From sequence record PX393109.1: a stretch of DNA of 64,000 nt; one strand, given 5' to 3'. Positions 45,336 to 55,167 of this stretch are shown here, in pieces; positions within the stretch are counted from its first letter, which is position 1; the number at the start of each line of letters is the position of its first letter. The notes under the pieces were generated by a model that had not been told where the DNA came from, searched no databases, and saw only the letters and a list, made by a program, of their open reading frames with translations. The position numbers and the translations under genes were made by a program. Origin of the DNA: a phage.

Positions 45336-46763
45336 TTAGCTACCAGAGAAGTTAGCCAGTTTGAAGGTCAGTTTGGTTACCAGGTTCGGGTTCAGCTGGG
45401 TCATACCAGCCCAAACGCCAGCAGCTTTAGTACCGCGGAACGGGTTGTTCGGGTTCTGGATGGTATCGGTAACGATCAGCGGCATGAACGGAGAGTATGC
45501 CAGCGGGCAGTTGAAATAACCGTCCGGGTTGCAGATCAGATAAGCAGCGTTATCTTCGATAACACCAGTTGCACGAATTACCGGCACGCCGTCGTAGAAG
45601 CCATACAGAGATACGGAAGTACCGACAGACTGACCTGCTGGGGTGAACTCAGGCATACCACGGAATACCGCAGCAGCAGAGCGACCGCAGATGATACGGT
45701 TCACCGAGCCTACACCAGCGTTGTTGTGCAACACGGATTCAGCACGAGCGAAGGTATCAACCAGAGTCAGTTTGTGTTCCGCATAGGAAACACCAGCAGG
45801 AGGAGTCTGATCCCAGATAGTTTCGCCGATAGCCATCGCAGCGATCTGTTTGATAGCACGAACGTTCAGAACGTTAGTGATTTCGTTGGACAGATCGGAT
45901 GCGACTTCATCTTCTGCAGAACGACCGAAGCGGTTCTGGAAGGCGAAGTTAGCGAAGGTACCGATATCAGCAGCCAGGGTCCAGATTTCCGCACGGATAT
46001 CTTTGGAGATCAGGCCAGCCTGGATTTTATCCAGGTTATCCAGCAGATCAACATCAACGTCGAAGCGAACAGCAACCTGAGCAGTGTTAGGAACAGCTGC
46101 TTTAGCTGCGATAGTGATCGCGCCAGTTTTGTAGTTGATGGTACCATCGAAGCCGAAGCCCAGGATCTTACCGTTACCGTCGTCCTGACCGTTACCAACA
46201 CCAGGGATGTTGACGAAGACCATGTTCGGACGAACCGGATACAGTTCCAGAGTAGCGGCGAAGTTAGTTTCGCTGCCGTTACCGGTACCAATTACCTGCT
46301 GACGACGCTGGGCACCCAGGGTACCTTCACCAGGATTATCACGAGACAGCGGATCACGGATCACGTCGCCTGCAGTGTAACCGCCGGAGGTCTGGGATGC
46401 TTTAATCTGGCGATAGTAAACAATACCATGCTCTTCAGGGATCGGCTGGATAGAGCAGACCAGAGGCAGGATAGAGTTACCGACAGATGCGGTGATAACA
46501 TCCAGAGCGATTGCCGGAATAGCACCCATAGATGCCAGGCCGCTCATGGATTCGTTGACATACTTCTGGTAACCTTGGTACTGGTCCAGAGTCTGACCTA
46601 CAGCGATCATTTCGAACGGAGACAGGCTTTCGTTAACGCGAGCCAGGATGGAGTTAGATGCGTATGCATCCATTTGTTCGCTGTATTTGTCGAAGTAGGC
46701 GTTAGCCATTACATCTGCGGAAGCCTCGTCGACGTTAGACAGCACGATATTCTGCTTAGTCAT
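45336..46763 (-). CDS. major capsid protein
   Basis: 475 aa, between protease/scaffold and decoration-like genes; followed by terminator; highly biased codon usage. Confidence 0.7.
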   Translation of the reverse strand: MTKQNIVLSNVDEASADVMANAYFDKYSEQMDAYASNSILARVNESLSPFEMIAVGQTLDQYQGYQKYVNESMSGLASMGAIPAIALDVITASVGNSILPLVCSIQPIPEEHGIVYYRQIKASQTSGGYTAGDVIRDPLSRDNPGEGTLGAQRRQQVIGTGNGSETNFAATLELYPVRPNMVFVNIPGVGNGQDDGNGKILGFGFDGTINYKTGAITIAAKAAVPNTAQVAVRFDVDVDLLDNLDKIQAGLISKDIRAEIWTLAADIGTFANFAFQNRFGRSAEDEVASDLSNEITNVLNVRAIKQIAAMAIGETIWDQTPPAGVSYAEHKLTLVDTFARAESVLHNNAGVGSVNRIICGRSAAAVFRGMPEFTPAGQSVGTSVSLYGFYDGVPVIRATGVIEDNAAYLICNPDGYFNCPLAYSPFMPLIVTDTIQNPNNPFRGTKAAGVWAGMTQLNPNLVTKLTFKLANFSGS

Positions 46764-46818
46764 GAAAATTAGTCCTTAATCATGGAAAGTCAAATTACAC
46801 TTACGGATACTGAGTCTG

Positions 46819-48255
46819 TTATCGACGAGACATCAGTTTACCGGCACGAGATTGAGGTGCGTCGGCAGTTTTACCGGCAGACTCGTCTACTTTCTGAGTA
46901 TTAATCAGATTGGTACGGATCTGTCTGGTAGACATCAGAGAACCCAGGCGATTTACGCGATTCAGAGACTCTTCGACTTTAGATGGAGTTTTCTTGGATT
47001 CATCAGCGTCGTCGCCTTTGTCATCCCCACCATCTTTCTTGTCGGATTTGTCATCACCCTTATCGTCTTTACCGTCGCCTTTATCTTCGCCATCGTCGGA
47101 TTCGTCGATTTTGATGCCCAGTTCAGCAGCTTCGGCTAACAGAGCTTCTTCGACTTTATCCAGACCACCCAACGCAGTCTGCATGGTTTTAATCATGTTA
47201 GGGCTACGTTTGAATTTCTTGGCCAGAGATTCGCAGACCTGGGTCTCTTTCTCTTCGATCAGTCCATTCAGGGTGGCGATAGCTTCAGAGATCTCTTCTG
47301 GAGTACCCAGCTCTTTATATTTCTCCAGAGCTTCTTCTACGACTTCCAGATCGTGGATGTCGTGAGCAGACTCTTCAATAGTCTCGTTCAGAGATTCTTT
47401 CAGAGAAGTGATAGTTTCAGCACCTTTAGTCAATGCCTCATCTACCTGCTCGAAGGTGCCCAGAGTCTGGTATTTAGCCAGGGACTCGCTAACTTCGGCC
47501 AGCTGGGTGGTAGCGGTAGCCAGTTGGGTCTTCGCTTCTTCCAGCTGAGTTTTCAGGACCGTATTGGCCTGTTTAGATTCATCAACCTGAGCCTTCAGCT
47601 GAGCATTCTCAGTCTTAAGGTGCTCAATGAATTCGTTCTGTTCCATTTTACTCTCCTCGACGGGATCTGGTAGTTGGTTACGGATTTTGTTCAGAGACTC
47701 TGCTACTTCGGGCAGTGCCTGCTCGAATCCGGGGGTAAGTACGAAGTCTATCCTTTTAAGATAGTAGCTTCTGAGAGTTTTGACCCCATTCTCATCTGGA
47801 TGGGATAGCGCTCCCTTAGCCTTTGTAGACACCCGCAGCTTAGAGCCTGCTCGGAGTAGCGTGTTGAGAATCTGACCAGTCGGGGTATTGACTACCAGAT
47901 ACTCAGCTCGACCTACACCAGCATCATCTACAAAAAGTTTAGTTACGATATGAGACAGTTCGCCTCGACGGATGACCTCGTCATTGATATCTTCAATGTC
48001 GTGACCAATCGTACCAAACATGGTACGGTTTTGCAGCCGGGAATTAACGTCCCCATCAGCCAGCACTTTTTCCCAGAGCGCCTCTGGGTAATAAACTTTA
48101 TTACCAGAGGTTTGACCAGGAAAGAACGCAGGACCTACGGCTTTAGCTAGGACGTATTTTCCATCAACTTCGGATGCATTTTCAACTACGTCGAATTGGA
48201 CTGCCTCGGATACCTCAACTAAGTCAACAGCATTGACCGAGTCTACTACTTCCAT
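46819..48255 (-). CDS. prohead protease / scaffolding fusion protein
   Basis: N-terminal globular domain, central coiled coil (LKTQLEEAKTQLATATTQL), acidic Lys/Asp tail; between portal and capsid. Confidence 0.55.
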   Translation of the reverse strand: MEVVDSVNAVDLVEVSEAVQFDVVENASEVDGKYVLAKAVGPAFFPGQTSGNKVYYPEALWEKVLADGDVNSRLQNRTMFGTIGHDIEDINDEVIRRGELSHIVTKLFVDDAGVGRAEYLVVNTPTGQILNTLLRAGSKLRVSTKAKGALSHPDENGVKTLRSYYLKRIDFVLTPGFEQALPEVAESLNKIRNQLPDPVEESKMEQNEFIEHLKTENAQLKAQVDESKQANTVLKTQLEEAKTQLATATTQLAEVSESLAKYQTLGTFEQVDEALTKGAETITSLKESLNETIEESAHDIHDLEVVEEALEKYKELGTPEEISEAIATLNGLIEEKETQVCESLAKKFKRSPNMIKTMQTALGGLDKVEEALLAEAAELGIKIDESDDGEDKGDGKDDKGDDKSDKKDGGDDKGDDADESKKTPSKVEESLNRVNRLGSLMSTRQIRTNLINTQKVDESAGKTADAPQSRAGKLMSRR

Positions 48256-48267
48256 AGCGGTTCCTTA

Positions 48268-48534
48268 TTACGACTTAGTGTAGCCGAAGCCGTACTTTTC
48301 CATGATATAAGTCAGACCATCGCCGAGGCGAGTAGTTACTATGAGATCGCCATTGTCATCGATAGATGCAGTAGCGCCAGCATCGTGGATCTGCACGTCA
48401 CGGAGGAAGTTATCCAGCACACCATTTACGGTATCGCTGTTATCTTTTGCAAGGCGAGTCAGCGTGTACGTAGTAGCAGCAGACTCATCAACAGCTTGCA
48501 TAAGCAGCTCAGATTTATTCATTCTCTTCACCAT
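48268..48534 (-). CDS. hypothetical small protein
   Basis: 88-aa ORF overlapping portal 3' end. Confidence 0.35.
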   Translation of the reverse strand: MVKRMNKSELLMQAVDESAATTYTLTRLAKDNSDTVNGVLDNFLRDVQIHDAGATASIDDNGDLIVTTRLGDGLTYIMEKYGFGYTKS

Positions 48535-50092
48535 CTTCTGGGGGAGCAGGAGGAGTCTGCTGGGTTACTGGTACCTCAGACTTAAGCTTAATTACTCCAT
48601 GGAACGGAGAGCCTATATCTGCGAGAGTATCCGCGACTACCTTAAGCAGAGCATCGTTATCAATAGTATAATTGGAGTTCTCGATCTCGTTCTTCAGAGA
48701 ATCCAGCATTCCAGTCATACCATTAATACTTGTGATAAGAAGATCTTGAGTCTCCATATTCTCAAGAGCATCTACGTTAATCGAGGACTTCAGGGTTACC
48801 TTAATTTCAGATAACTCTAGATCCAGATTTTCGTATTTAAAGCCGAAGTGTAACAGCAGCAGATACTGCAGCCATTTACACAGACTCTTACCGATGCGCT
48901 TGATCTTCTTAGCGTAACGAATATTCGTCCTTAGGTTATCCTTAGAGGAAAGGCTTCCAAGGAATAATTCCAGAGGAATACCATAGGACTGTAACAGAAC
49001 CTCTAACTCGGATCTGATCTTCTCCGGATCGATAGTGTTATCCGACTTACCAGTATCCAGGATCTGAGGTACAGACCGATCTCCAGAGATAGGAACGACT
49101 TTAACTGATACGATATCCTGCAGATTAAACTGGAGGTTACTCATATCAGCAGCAAACAGGTTAGTACTGTTAATGATTTGGTCATAGTCGTTGACTATAG
49201 ACTTCATCTGCTTAATGTCGTTATTGTTCGGAAGAGGAACACCGATTACAGACGGACTTAGGAGGTTAGCCAGCGTCTTATAGACGTTAACCTTATCCAG
49301 CATCAAGATATTCTTGAGCTTATCCAGAGATCCCCATAAGAATGATAAGGACGAACGAATTTTAATCGACTTACCCATGAGCTTAACCATGGGTTCATCT
49401 TCACCCAGCTCTTCCGTGATTTTACGCTTCATCTGGGCAGTGACTTTATCGGGAATCGGCAGCTTAATGAAGTTCTGATCCAGAGAGAGGTAAGATACCT
49501 CTTGAGGGCCTAGATACTCCATTTTCTGACGAGACTCATAGTCTATATACCCAGCATCCTTCGTCGTATAGTTTACGAAGAAGAAAATAGGAAGGCCGGA
49601 TGAATCAGTTACTGCGATAACATCACGAGGATCAAAATCATCCACCAACCCAATCAATCCCTCGCCATCTTCCAGTGACGGTCTTAAGGGGTATGATCCA
49701 TAATGCAGTAACTCCGGCAAAATGGAAGTGAGGAAGTCTGGGATAGCTAGAGCTTTAATTAGCTCATTTGCCTCCCGAGTCAGTTCTTCATCACCTTCAA
49801 TTTCTATGACGAATCCACCATCATCCGTATTGGTGAGCACGTCATTACAGATGATATCATAGATACCAGCTGTGATATAGTTATAGCGAAATCTCGCCAG
49901 CTCGTTGAAATACTTTTCACGAGTGGTTACCATATTGGTAAGGCGATCGGTAAGGTAAGCCTGTACCGTGCCCAACAATCCATCGCTATGCTTCATAGTG
50001 ATGGTATCGTCTAGCAACTTTGCTAAGACCTCCTGGCGAGAACCAGGTTTGTCATCTAAGTCTTGCTTAGAGACCACTTCGTTTTCTGCCAT
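48515..50092 (-). CDS. portal protein
   Basis: 525 aa, immediately downstream of terminase large subunit. Confidence 0.6.
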   Translation of the reverse strand: MAENEVVSKQDLDDKPGSRQEVLAKLLDDTITMKHSDGLLGTVQAYLTDRLTNMVTTREKYFNELARFRYNYITAGIYDIICNDVLTNTDDGGFVIEIEGDEELTREANELIKALAIPDFLTSILPELLHYGSYPLRPSLEDGEGLIGLVDDFDPRDVIAVTDSSGLPIFFFVNYTTKDAGYIDYESRQKMEYLGPQEVSYLSLDQNFIKLPIPDKVTAQMKRKITEELGEDEPMVKLMGKSIKIRSSLSFLWGSLDKLKNILMLDKVNVYKTLANLLSPSVIGVPLPNNNDIKQMKSIVNDYDQIINSTNLFAADMSNLQFNLQDIVSVKVVPISGDRSVPQILDTGKSDNTIDPEKIRSELEVLLQSYGIPLELFLGSLSSKDNLRTNIRYAKKIKRIGKSLCKWLQYLLLLHFGFKYENLDLELSEIKVTLKSSINVDALENMETQDLLITSINGMTGMLDSLKNEIENSNYTIDNDALLKVVADTLADIGSPFHGVIKLKSEVPVTQQTPPAPPEDGEENE

Positions 50093-51919
50093 TTAGCCAC
50101 CCACTCGTTGCTTAATAATGTTCCGAAACATCTCCTTCGCATCCCTAGACTTATTAAGTTCGTGGAGTGCAACTTGAAGATCTTCAACCGTGGCAGTAGA
50201 CCCTATCTTATGGATATTCTCTTTAACTGACCACTGAGATCCGCAGACAGCATCCGCGATATCTTTACTCCCCGACGGAGGGTGGTCGAACTTACCTTCT
50301 CCTTCCTCCAACTCTTTAAGCTCCTTGATCAGTTTAGGTACAGCAGGAATAGTGCTGCGACCTTCGAGAATCGAGTTTCTTAAGTAGTTATACGGGTCTT
50401 TAGTCCGGTCTACAGATAGCAGAGCAGTCTCGAACCCAGCCAGAGTTAAATCCTGACGTAAGTTCGTGGATTGGTATCCATCTGTGGTTACCATTTTAAT
50501 TGGGTAACCTTGCTGAGATGCTTCTATTAAGAAGTTCTTAATCTTGTAGATAGGGACTTCCTGACCAGGCTGGCAGGTAATTTCTAATGCCCACTCAGTA
50601 ACAATCTTAGGTTCACGAGTAACCATGCGAGTACTGGTCAGAGGATCATAGGTCTCTTGGTCTACATAACCATCGAGATAAGAACAGGCTATACCAGTTG
50701 AGTCGTTCTTAAGACCCAAGTCAATATGGATGAACCGATCCTTCTTATTAAGGAAGGCAAGTCTGGGGACATCTATAGTCTGGTGAAGAGTCTGCTCCTT
50801 ATCGAAGAAGTCCAGAACTACCACGTTAGATTCAGTAGGGTTAATGTGGTCAGCTGCTCGGTTAAGCACCTCGTAGGACGAGATGAACGACCATGTACCG
50901 AATGTAGACACACCAGCAAGATCCCTGAGAGACTTAACAATGTTAGTCTCGAATTCCTGTCTATGTTCAACAGGTACAGAGATAATACGAGATGGCTCCA
51001 GACCGTCTTTAATCTTGAGAGTATTCTCATCAAAGATAAACGGATCTCGATACTGGTCACCAGCATAGACGTAGAACATTTCCCCAGAATACCCTCCGAG
51101 GTGCCATTTAGCTTCCCAGTGGGCATATCTGAATAACAGATAGTCGTTAATTCCTTTCTTGGCTTTATCCTCTAGACGAACATCGATAAAGGAACGGTTT
51201 CCCTTATTCGAAGAGTCTAGAATCAAGTGGCCAATCATCTCTACCCCTTTACCCCCGAAACGAGAGTTCATACGAGTATAGATGGTGTCGAAGTTATCTT
51301 CTGCCTGACCATGAACTACGGTCATGTCGTTTATCTCTGAGAAGATAGCACCTACGGTAGCCTGCCCCAGAGCATCCTGACCACGAGAACCGAATCCTAA
51401 GTCCACATTCTTAATGAACAAAGTACGAGGATTCTTACCACCAGTCATCTTACCTTTGAAGAATGGACTGTTCTCTATCCACTCGATGATCTCTGCGTAG
51501 AGTACATCGTAGGATAGACCTTTAGTGGCGTTCATCAACATCCAACGAATTACTGTGGATGGCAGAAGTTTAAAATGAGCGCGAGGATCTCTAAGACATA
51601 GCAATTTGCACAGGTCGTAGAGAGTGATAATCTTAGCAGCAGTTGACTTACCCAGACCGATACCACCAGTTAGATAAATCTCTACAGCTGGTGAAGTGTA
51701 AGGAGTAGGGTAAATCTTAGCTAGAGCATCCATCCATATAGGATAGACCGAGCAGACACCGTCAGCATCTACCAGAGACTTACCCAGGTAGTACGGATCC
51801 ATTATGAAATCCTGGATCGTCGGAACCCGCTCCTCGTAGCCACTCATCAACGCTAACTGATGCATAGCTTCGAGTCTAGAGCCACATGCTTCAATAAACT
51901 CATCTAATGCATCAGTCAT
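50093..51919 (-). CDS. terminase large subunit
   Basis: Walker A LTGGIGLGKSTAAK near N-terminus, 608 aa, first large gene of late operon. Confidence 0.8.
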   Translation of the reverse strand: MTDALDEFIEACGSRLEAMHQLALMSGYEERVPTIQDFIMDPYYLGKSLVDADGVCSVYPIWMDALAKIYPTPYTSPAVEIYLTGGIGLGKSTAAKIITLYDLCKLLCLRDPRAHFKLLPSTVIRWMLMNATKGLSYDVLYAEIIEWIENSPFFKGKMTGGKNPRTLFIKNVDLGFGSRGQDALGQATVGAIFSEINDMTVVHGQAEDNFDTIYTRMNSRFGGKGVEMIGHLILDSSNKGNRSFIDVRLEDKAKKGINDYLLFRYAHWEAKWHLGGYSGEMFYVYAGDQYRDPFIFDENTLKIKDGLEPSRIISVPVEHRQEFETNIVKSLRDLAGVSTFGTWSFISSYEVLNRAADHINPTESNVVVLDFFDKEQTLHQTIDVPRLAFLNKKDRFIHIDLGLKNDSTGIACSYLDGYVDQETYDPLTSTRMVTREPKIVTEWALEITCQPGQEVPIYKIKNFLIEASQQGYPIKMVTTDGYQSTNLRQDLTLAGFETALLSVDRTKDPYNYLRNSILEGRSTIPAVPKLIKELKELEEGEGKFDHPPSGSKDIADAVCGSQWSVKENIHKIGSTATVEDLQVALHELNKSRDAKEMFRNIIKQRVGG

Positions 51920-51922
51920 GGT

Positions 51923-52453
51923 TTACCCCTTAGGACCAATGCCTTCCGCCAATTGCTTAATCAAGTTATTGGCGATAGTAGACATATCTTTACGATCCTT
52001 AGGAGACTGACCTTCATTGGCAGTCTCTATGGCGGAAGCCAGACTCAGCAGAGATACTTCGATAGCTGTCCAGTTAATCGAACCAATGGTCGATTTAACG
52101 AATGCTGCCGACTGAGATGCACTAGCTAATGCCAGTTGATATCTCTCGATCTGCTCCTTCTCGGTGAGTCTGTCCAGACGCTCAGGATCAAAGATTTTCT
52201 TTTCGAGGATCTCGATAATCCCGTTAAGCTTGGCTACTCGGTTAGCCTCAGACTCAGCCAGACCTAGCTGGAGAATCTGTAAGCCTATCTCTTTACCTTG
52301 TAGGGCTTTGACGTTAACGGATTCAGAACCCTCCGAATTAACTAAGGAAAGACCCTTTTGAATAGTACTTAAGTTTTGCTTAGCTAACTCGCCCATTGTA
52401 TTTCTCCTGTTTATAGTTGAAGACGTCCCGGACGGGGCTCGGACAACCTTCAC
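51923..52453 (-). CDS. hypothetical protein (small terminase candidate by position)
   Basis: 176-aa ORF directly upstream of the large terminase. Confidence 0.3.
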   Translation of the reverse strand: MKVVRAPSGTSSTINRRNTMGELAKQNLSTIQKGLSLVNSEGSESVNVKALQGKEIGLQILQLGLAESEANRVAKLNGIIEILEKKIFDPERLDRLTEKEQIERYQLALASASQSAAFVKSTIGSINWTAIEVSLLSLASAIETANEGQSPKDRKDMSTIANNLIKQLAEGIGPKG

Positions 52454-52540
52454 AAAAACACCCTTTTGAGGCCTATCTTTAGAGCGCAGGGGCGTCCTGT
52501 AAAGCTCAAAAACCTAATTTTAACACTCTTTTTGAATAAA

Positions 52541-52584
52541 AACCGCTCTTTTGTAAGGTCCAAAGGCTGTTAAACCGTTGGAGG
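52541..52584 (+). promoter_or_regulatory. conserved intergenic motif copy 5
   Basis: AACCGCTCTTTTGTAAGGTCCAAAGGCTGTTAAACCGTTGGAGG; ends in the RBS of the 52593 gene. Confidence 0.5.
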
Positions 52585-52592
52585 AATCAAAT

Positions 52593-52934
52593 ATGAAAAC
52601 TGCTGATATCATTACGTTCCTGGGTAACCTATCTTCCCTATATAATAAGGTAGGAGACAATCGTCGTGCTGGGTCATTCGCGAGAGCATCCCAGTCTATT
52701 CAACTTCACGTTAAGATCCCCGAAGTTAAGGATTTGTCGCAACTCGGCAAGTTACCTAACGTCGGCGGGTCGACCATCAACGAATTAATCGAGATGGATA
52801 CTAAAGGGACTACCGATCGTATGGAGTCCCTGAAGAAACAGCTCGAAGAAGATGGTCCGCAGGATACTTCTGCTAAACTGGCTAACGCATTGGCTTTAGT
52901 TAAGGCTAAGCAGGCCAAGATAGAGAAGAAGTAA
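52593..52934 (+). CDS. hypothetical protein
   Basis: ORF track 52578..52934; ATG at 52593 with GGAGG RBS 8 nt upstream; motif copy just upstream. Confidence 0.5.
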   Translation: MKTADIITFLGNLSSLYNKVGDNRRAGSFARASQSIQLHVKIPEVKDLSQLGKLPNVGGSTINELIEMDTKGTTDRMESLKKQLEEDGPQDTSAKLANALALVKAKQAKIEKK

Positions 52935-53428
52935 TGTTTATGTTCGTCACTGGTCATAGGCCAGATAAACTGGGTGGCTGGGATATCTTTAGCCATGATC
53001 AGCTTACCCAGTTTGCCGAACATCATATCCAGAGGTTGACCGAAGAAAATAAGGTCGACTGCTGGTTCGTGGGTATGGCTTTAGGATGGGACATGGCATG
53101 TGCTCAAGCATGTGCTAACCTCGGAATACCATATTTCGCAGCAGTCCCTATGATTGACCAGCCCAAGATGTGGCGATCTGCAGATGTAGAAAAATGGACT
53201 GAGCTCTGCAGGAGAAGTCGTCGCACAATTATAGTTTCCGAGCCTGGGTATGATTCTTTCAAGATGATGGTGCGTAACCGTTACATGGTTAACCGTAGTC
53301 AGAAGGGATTAGCCTTATGGGATGGCAGCAAGGGTGGTACAGGTAACTGTGTAACCCATGCTAAATCTCTGGGTAAGGAAGTAATTAATGTATGGGAAGA
53401 TTATGTCAAAATCACAGGATCTCCTTAA
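52934..53428 (+). CDS. SLOG-superfamily protein, YpsA/DUF1273-like
   Basis: VTGHRPDKLGGWDIF / FVGMALGWDMACAQAC / AVPMIDQPKMW / LALWDGSKGGTGN parallel the B. subtilis YpsA blocks (recalled from memory). Confidence 0.5.
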   Translation: MFMFVTGHRPDKLGGWDIFSHDQLTQFAEHHIQRLTEENKVDCWFVGMALGWDMACAQACANLGIPYFAAVPMIDQPKMWRSADVEKWTELCRRSRRTIIVSEPGYDSFKMMVRNRYMVNRSQKGLALWDGSKGGTGNCVTHAKSLGKEVINVWEDYVKITGSP

Positions 53429-53723
53429 TGCTGTTGGTGATGTCGATGAAGGAATATTCGTCAAAACCATAGCAGCTGGTTTAACCGATGATCAGTTACT
53501 GATGATAGCTTCGTCTAATGTTGATGATGTTACTGATGAGGAAGGTATTGCTATTTCCGAATCAGCTAACAGAATCAAGCGTAGGGCTAAAGCTGCCGGA
53601 CGACTCCTTAAAAATAAGGCTAAGTCCAAGACTTTACATAAGAAAGTTAAAGCTCATGTTAAGTCGGCTGCTAAGAAAGCTGCTATCAACGGTACTAAAC
53701 ATCTTGTCAAAATGTTCTTATGA
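53388..53723 (+). CDS. hypothetical protein with basic C-terminus
   Basis: 111-aa ORF; alternative ATG at 53403. Confidence 0.45.
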   Translation: MYGKIMSKSQDLLNAVGDVDEGIFVKTIAAGLTDDQLLMIASSNVDDVTDEEGIAISESANRIKRRAKAAGRLLKNKAKSKTLHKKVKAHVKSAAKKAAINGTKHLVKMFL

Positions 53724-53730
53724 GGAAACT

Positions 53731-53886
53731 ATGAGCAAATCTGCTGAAGAGTTGGACTTCAATAATATTCCTTCTCAGGAAGAACTCGACGAAGCATCTA
53801 AGCGTGTCGAAGATCGCATGGTTAACGTAGACGAAGTTATCAGCCAGCCTGGTGACGACGACTGCGGGGACGCATGTAAGATTTAA
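53731..53886 (+). CDS. small acidic protein (51 aa)
   Basis: ATG 53731 with GAGG RBS; stop immediately before motif copy 53887. Confidence 0.4.
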   Translation: MSKSAEELDFNNIPSQEELDEASKRVEDRMVNVDEVISQPGDDDCGDACKI

Positions 53887-53930
53887 AACCGCTCTTTTGT
53901 ACCGTCGAAAGGCTGTTAAAGTGTCGGAGG
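53887..53930 (+). promoter_or_regulatory. conserved intergenic motif copy 6
   Basis: AACCGCTCTTTTGTACCGTCGAAAGGCTGTTAAAGTGTCGGAGG. Confidence 0.5.
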
Positions 53931-54005
53931 TGGTTACCTCCGATGCTTACTCTAAATCTTTTACGAGAGACTTAAAGTAAGCAAACCACGTTAGGAGTAA
54001 TTATA

Positions 54006-54548
54006 GTGAATATTTTCCGTACTCACGAAGATGCGTTAGAATGTGCTATGGACCATTGTATGCCAATGCACCAGAATAAAATGATTATCGAATGTGCTCA
54101 GCTGTTGTCCACAGCTCATCATGTTCTGGATGGCGATCAAGCTATCGAGGGTATTTACAAACAGACTCACGTAAATCACCCATCAGCACGCTGGGTCCGT
54201 GAATCTTCCGGTAACTACAACTTCGTTAAAGAGCTGGCTAACTATCTGTGTATCCTGTTCTATGAACGTACCGGTCGTATGCATGCCACAGATATTATTC
54301 TGTCGCGACTCAGCAAACTGCCTAAGAACTTGAAGGTCGGTCCGGAGACTGACATGACACCTTATGCGTGTGTGGCAGGTGCTCCTGGCGAAACAGTTTA
54401 CGAGAAGTATCGTAACTACCTGAACGATAAATACTATATCTGGGAGAAAGAGGGTCGTACCATTACTTTCTACCGCACTCCCGAATGGTATAAACCCGCT
54501 CTTTTTACAGTTCCAAAGGCTGTTAAAGTGTCTGAGGCGAGCGTCTAA
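54006..54548 (+). CDS. hypothetical protein
   Basis: 180-aa ORF; its last ~15 codons read through a copy of the conserved intergenic motif. Confidence 0.5.
   Translation: MNIFRTHEDALECAMDHCMPMHQNKMIIECAQLLSTAHHVLDGDQAIEGIYKQTHVNHPSARWVRESSGNYNFVKELANYLCILFYERTGRMHATDIILSRLSKLPKNLKVGPETDMTPYACVAGAPGETVYEKYRNYLNDKYYIWEKEGRTITFYRTPEWYKPALFTVPKAVKVSEASV
54495..54537 (+). promoter_or_regulatory. conserved intergenic motif copy 7 (inside 3' end of a CDS)
   Basis: CCCGCTCTTTTTACAGTTCCAAAGGCTGTTAAAGTGTCTGAGG. Confidence 0.45.
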
Positions 54549-54552
54549 TTAC

Positions 54553-54595
54553 GCCGCTCTTTTGTACGGTCGAAAGGCTGTTAAAGTGTTCGAAG
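54553..54595 (+). promoter_or_regulatory. conserved intergenic motif copy 8
   Basis: GCCGCTCTTTTGTACGGTCGAAAGGCTGTTAAAGTGTTCGAAG. Confidence 0.5.
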
Positions 54596-54682
54596 TGCCA
54601 ATTCCGGCTTATCTAACTAAGAAGGTATATCGTATGTAACGGTTAATCACTTAGAGAAGAAGATAAAACTTAGGAATCGTTT

Positions 54683-54726
54683 CGCTCCCTATTTCCCATC
54701 ATCACAGTGCTCGGTGATAGGGAGCG
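54683..54726 (+). promoter_or_regulatory. long imperfect hairpin
   Basis: CGCTCCCTAT...ATAGGGAGCG 10-bp outer stem with inner ATCAC/GTGAT stem. Confidence 0.4.
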
Positions 54727-54735
54727 GGCAACTTA

Positions 54736-54773
54736 ACACTCTTTTGATGACTCGAAAGGCTGTTAAATTGTCA
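54736..54773 (+). promoter_or_regulatory. conserved intergenic motif copy 9
   Basis: ACACTCTTTTGATGACTCGAAAGGCTGTTAAATTGTCA; a terminator lies ~25 nt downstream. Confidence 0.45.
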
Positions 54774-54797
54774 TAAGTTGTTCATGGGATCCGTGGG

Positions 54798-54827
54798 ACC
54801 GACTGCTAGCGTACCAGTCGGTTTTTC
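54798..54827 (+). terminator. rho-independent terminator
   Basis: ACCGACTG/CAGTCGGT stem, 9-nt loop, followed by TTTTT. Confidence 0.65.
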
Positions 54828-55167
54828 GGTGGTCTGCAGTGCTTGAGTCTGTAAGGTATGAGTGGGACTCAAATTAAAAATAAACTAAACCGTATCAGCT
54901 GTCGGGACTCCTTACCCAGAGACAGTCGTATCCGAGGCCATACGAGAATGGCAAAGTAGGAAGCTATATGGGACTATCAATCCCGGATTTGGCGTATGGC
55001 TCTTCCTACCTCCTCAGGACAGGTTGACTGAGGGCTACAAGCCTATGTGATACCAGCCAATGGCGTTACGCGGTTGGCGAGATCGGCTTAATCGCCGATT
55101 GGTAATCTGGCGCGACGAACGGCGTCCCTGTAACAGTAAGCAGGATAATATTTCTCAGGAGAGTACG

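Noticed and set aside
45726-46772. 348-aa + strand ORF antisense to the major capsid gene
   Set aside because: Lies entirely inside the capsid CDS on the opposite strand; typical shadow frame of a highly biased gene.
53518-53886. 122-aa ORF overlapping 53388-53723 in another frame
   Set aside because: Only its last 51 codons (53731-53886) have a proper RBS and ATG; the N-terminal extension overlaps a better-supported gene.
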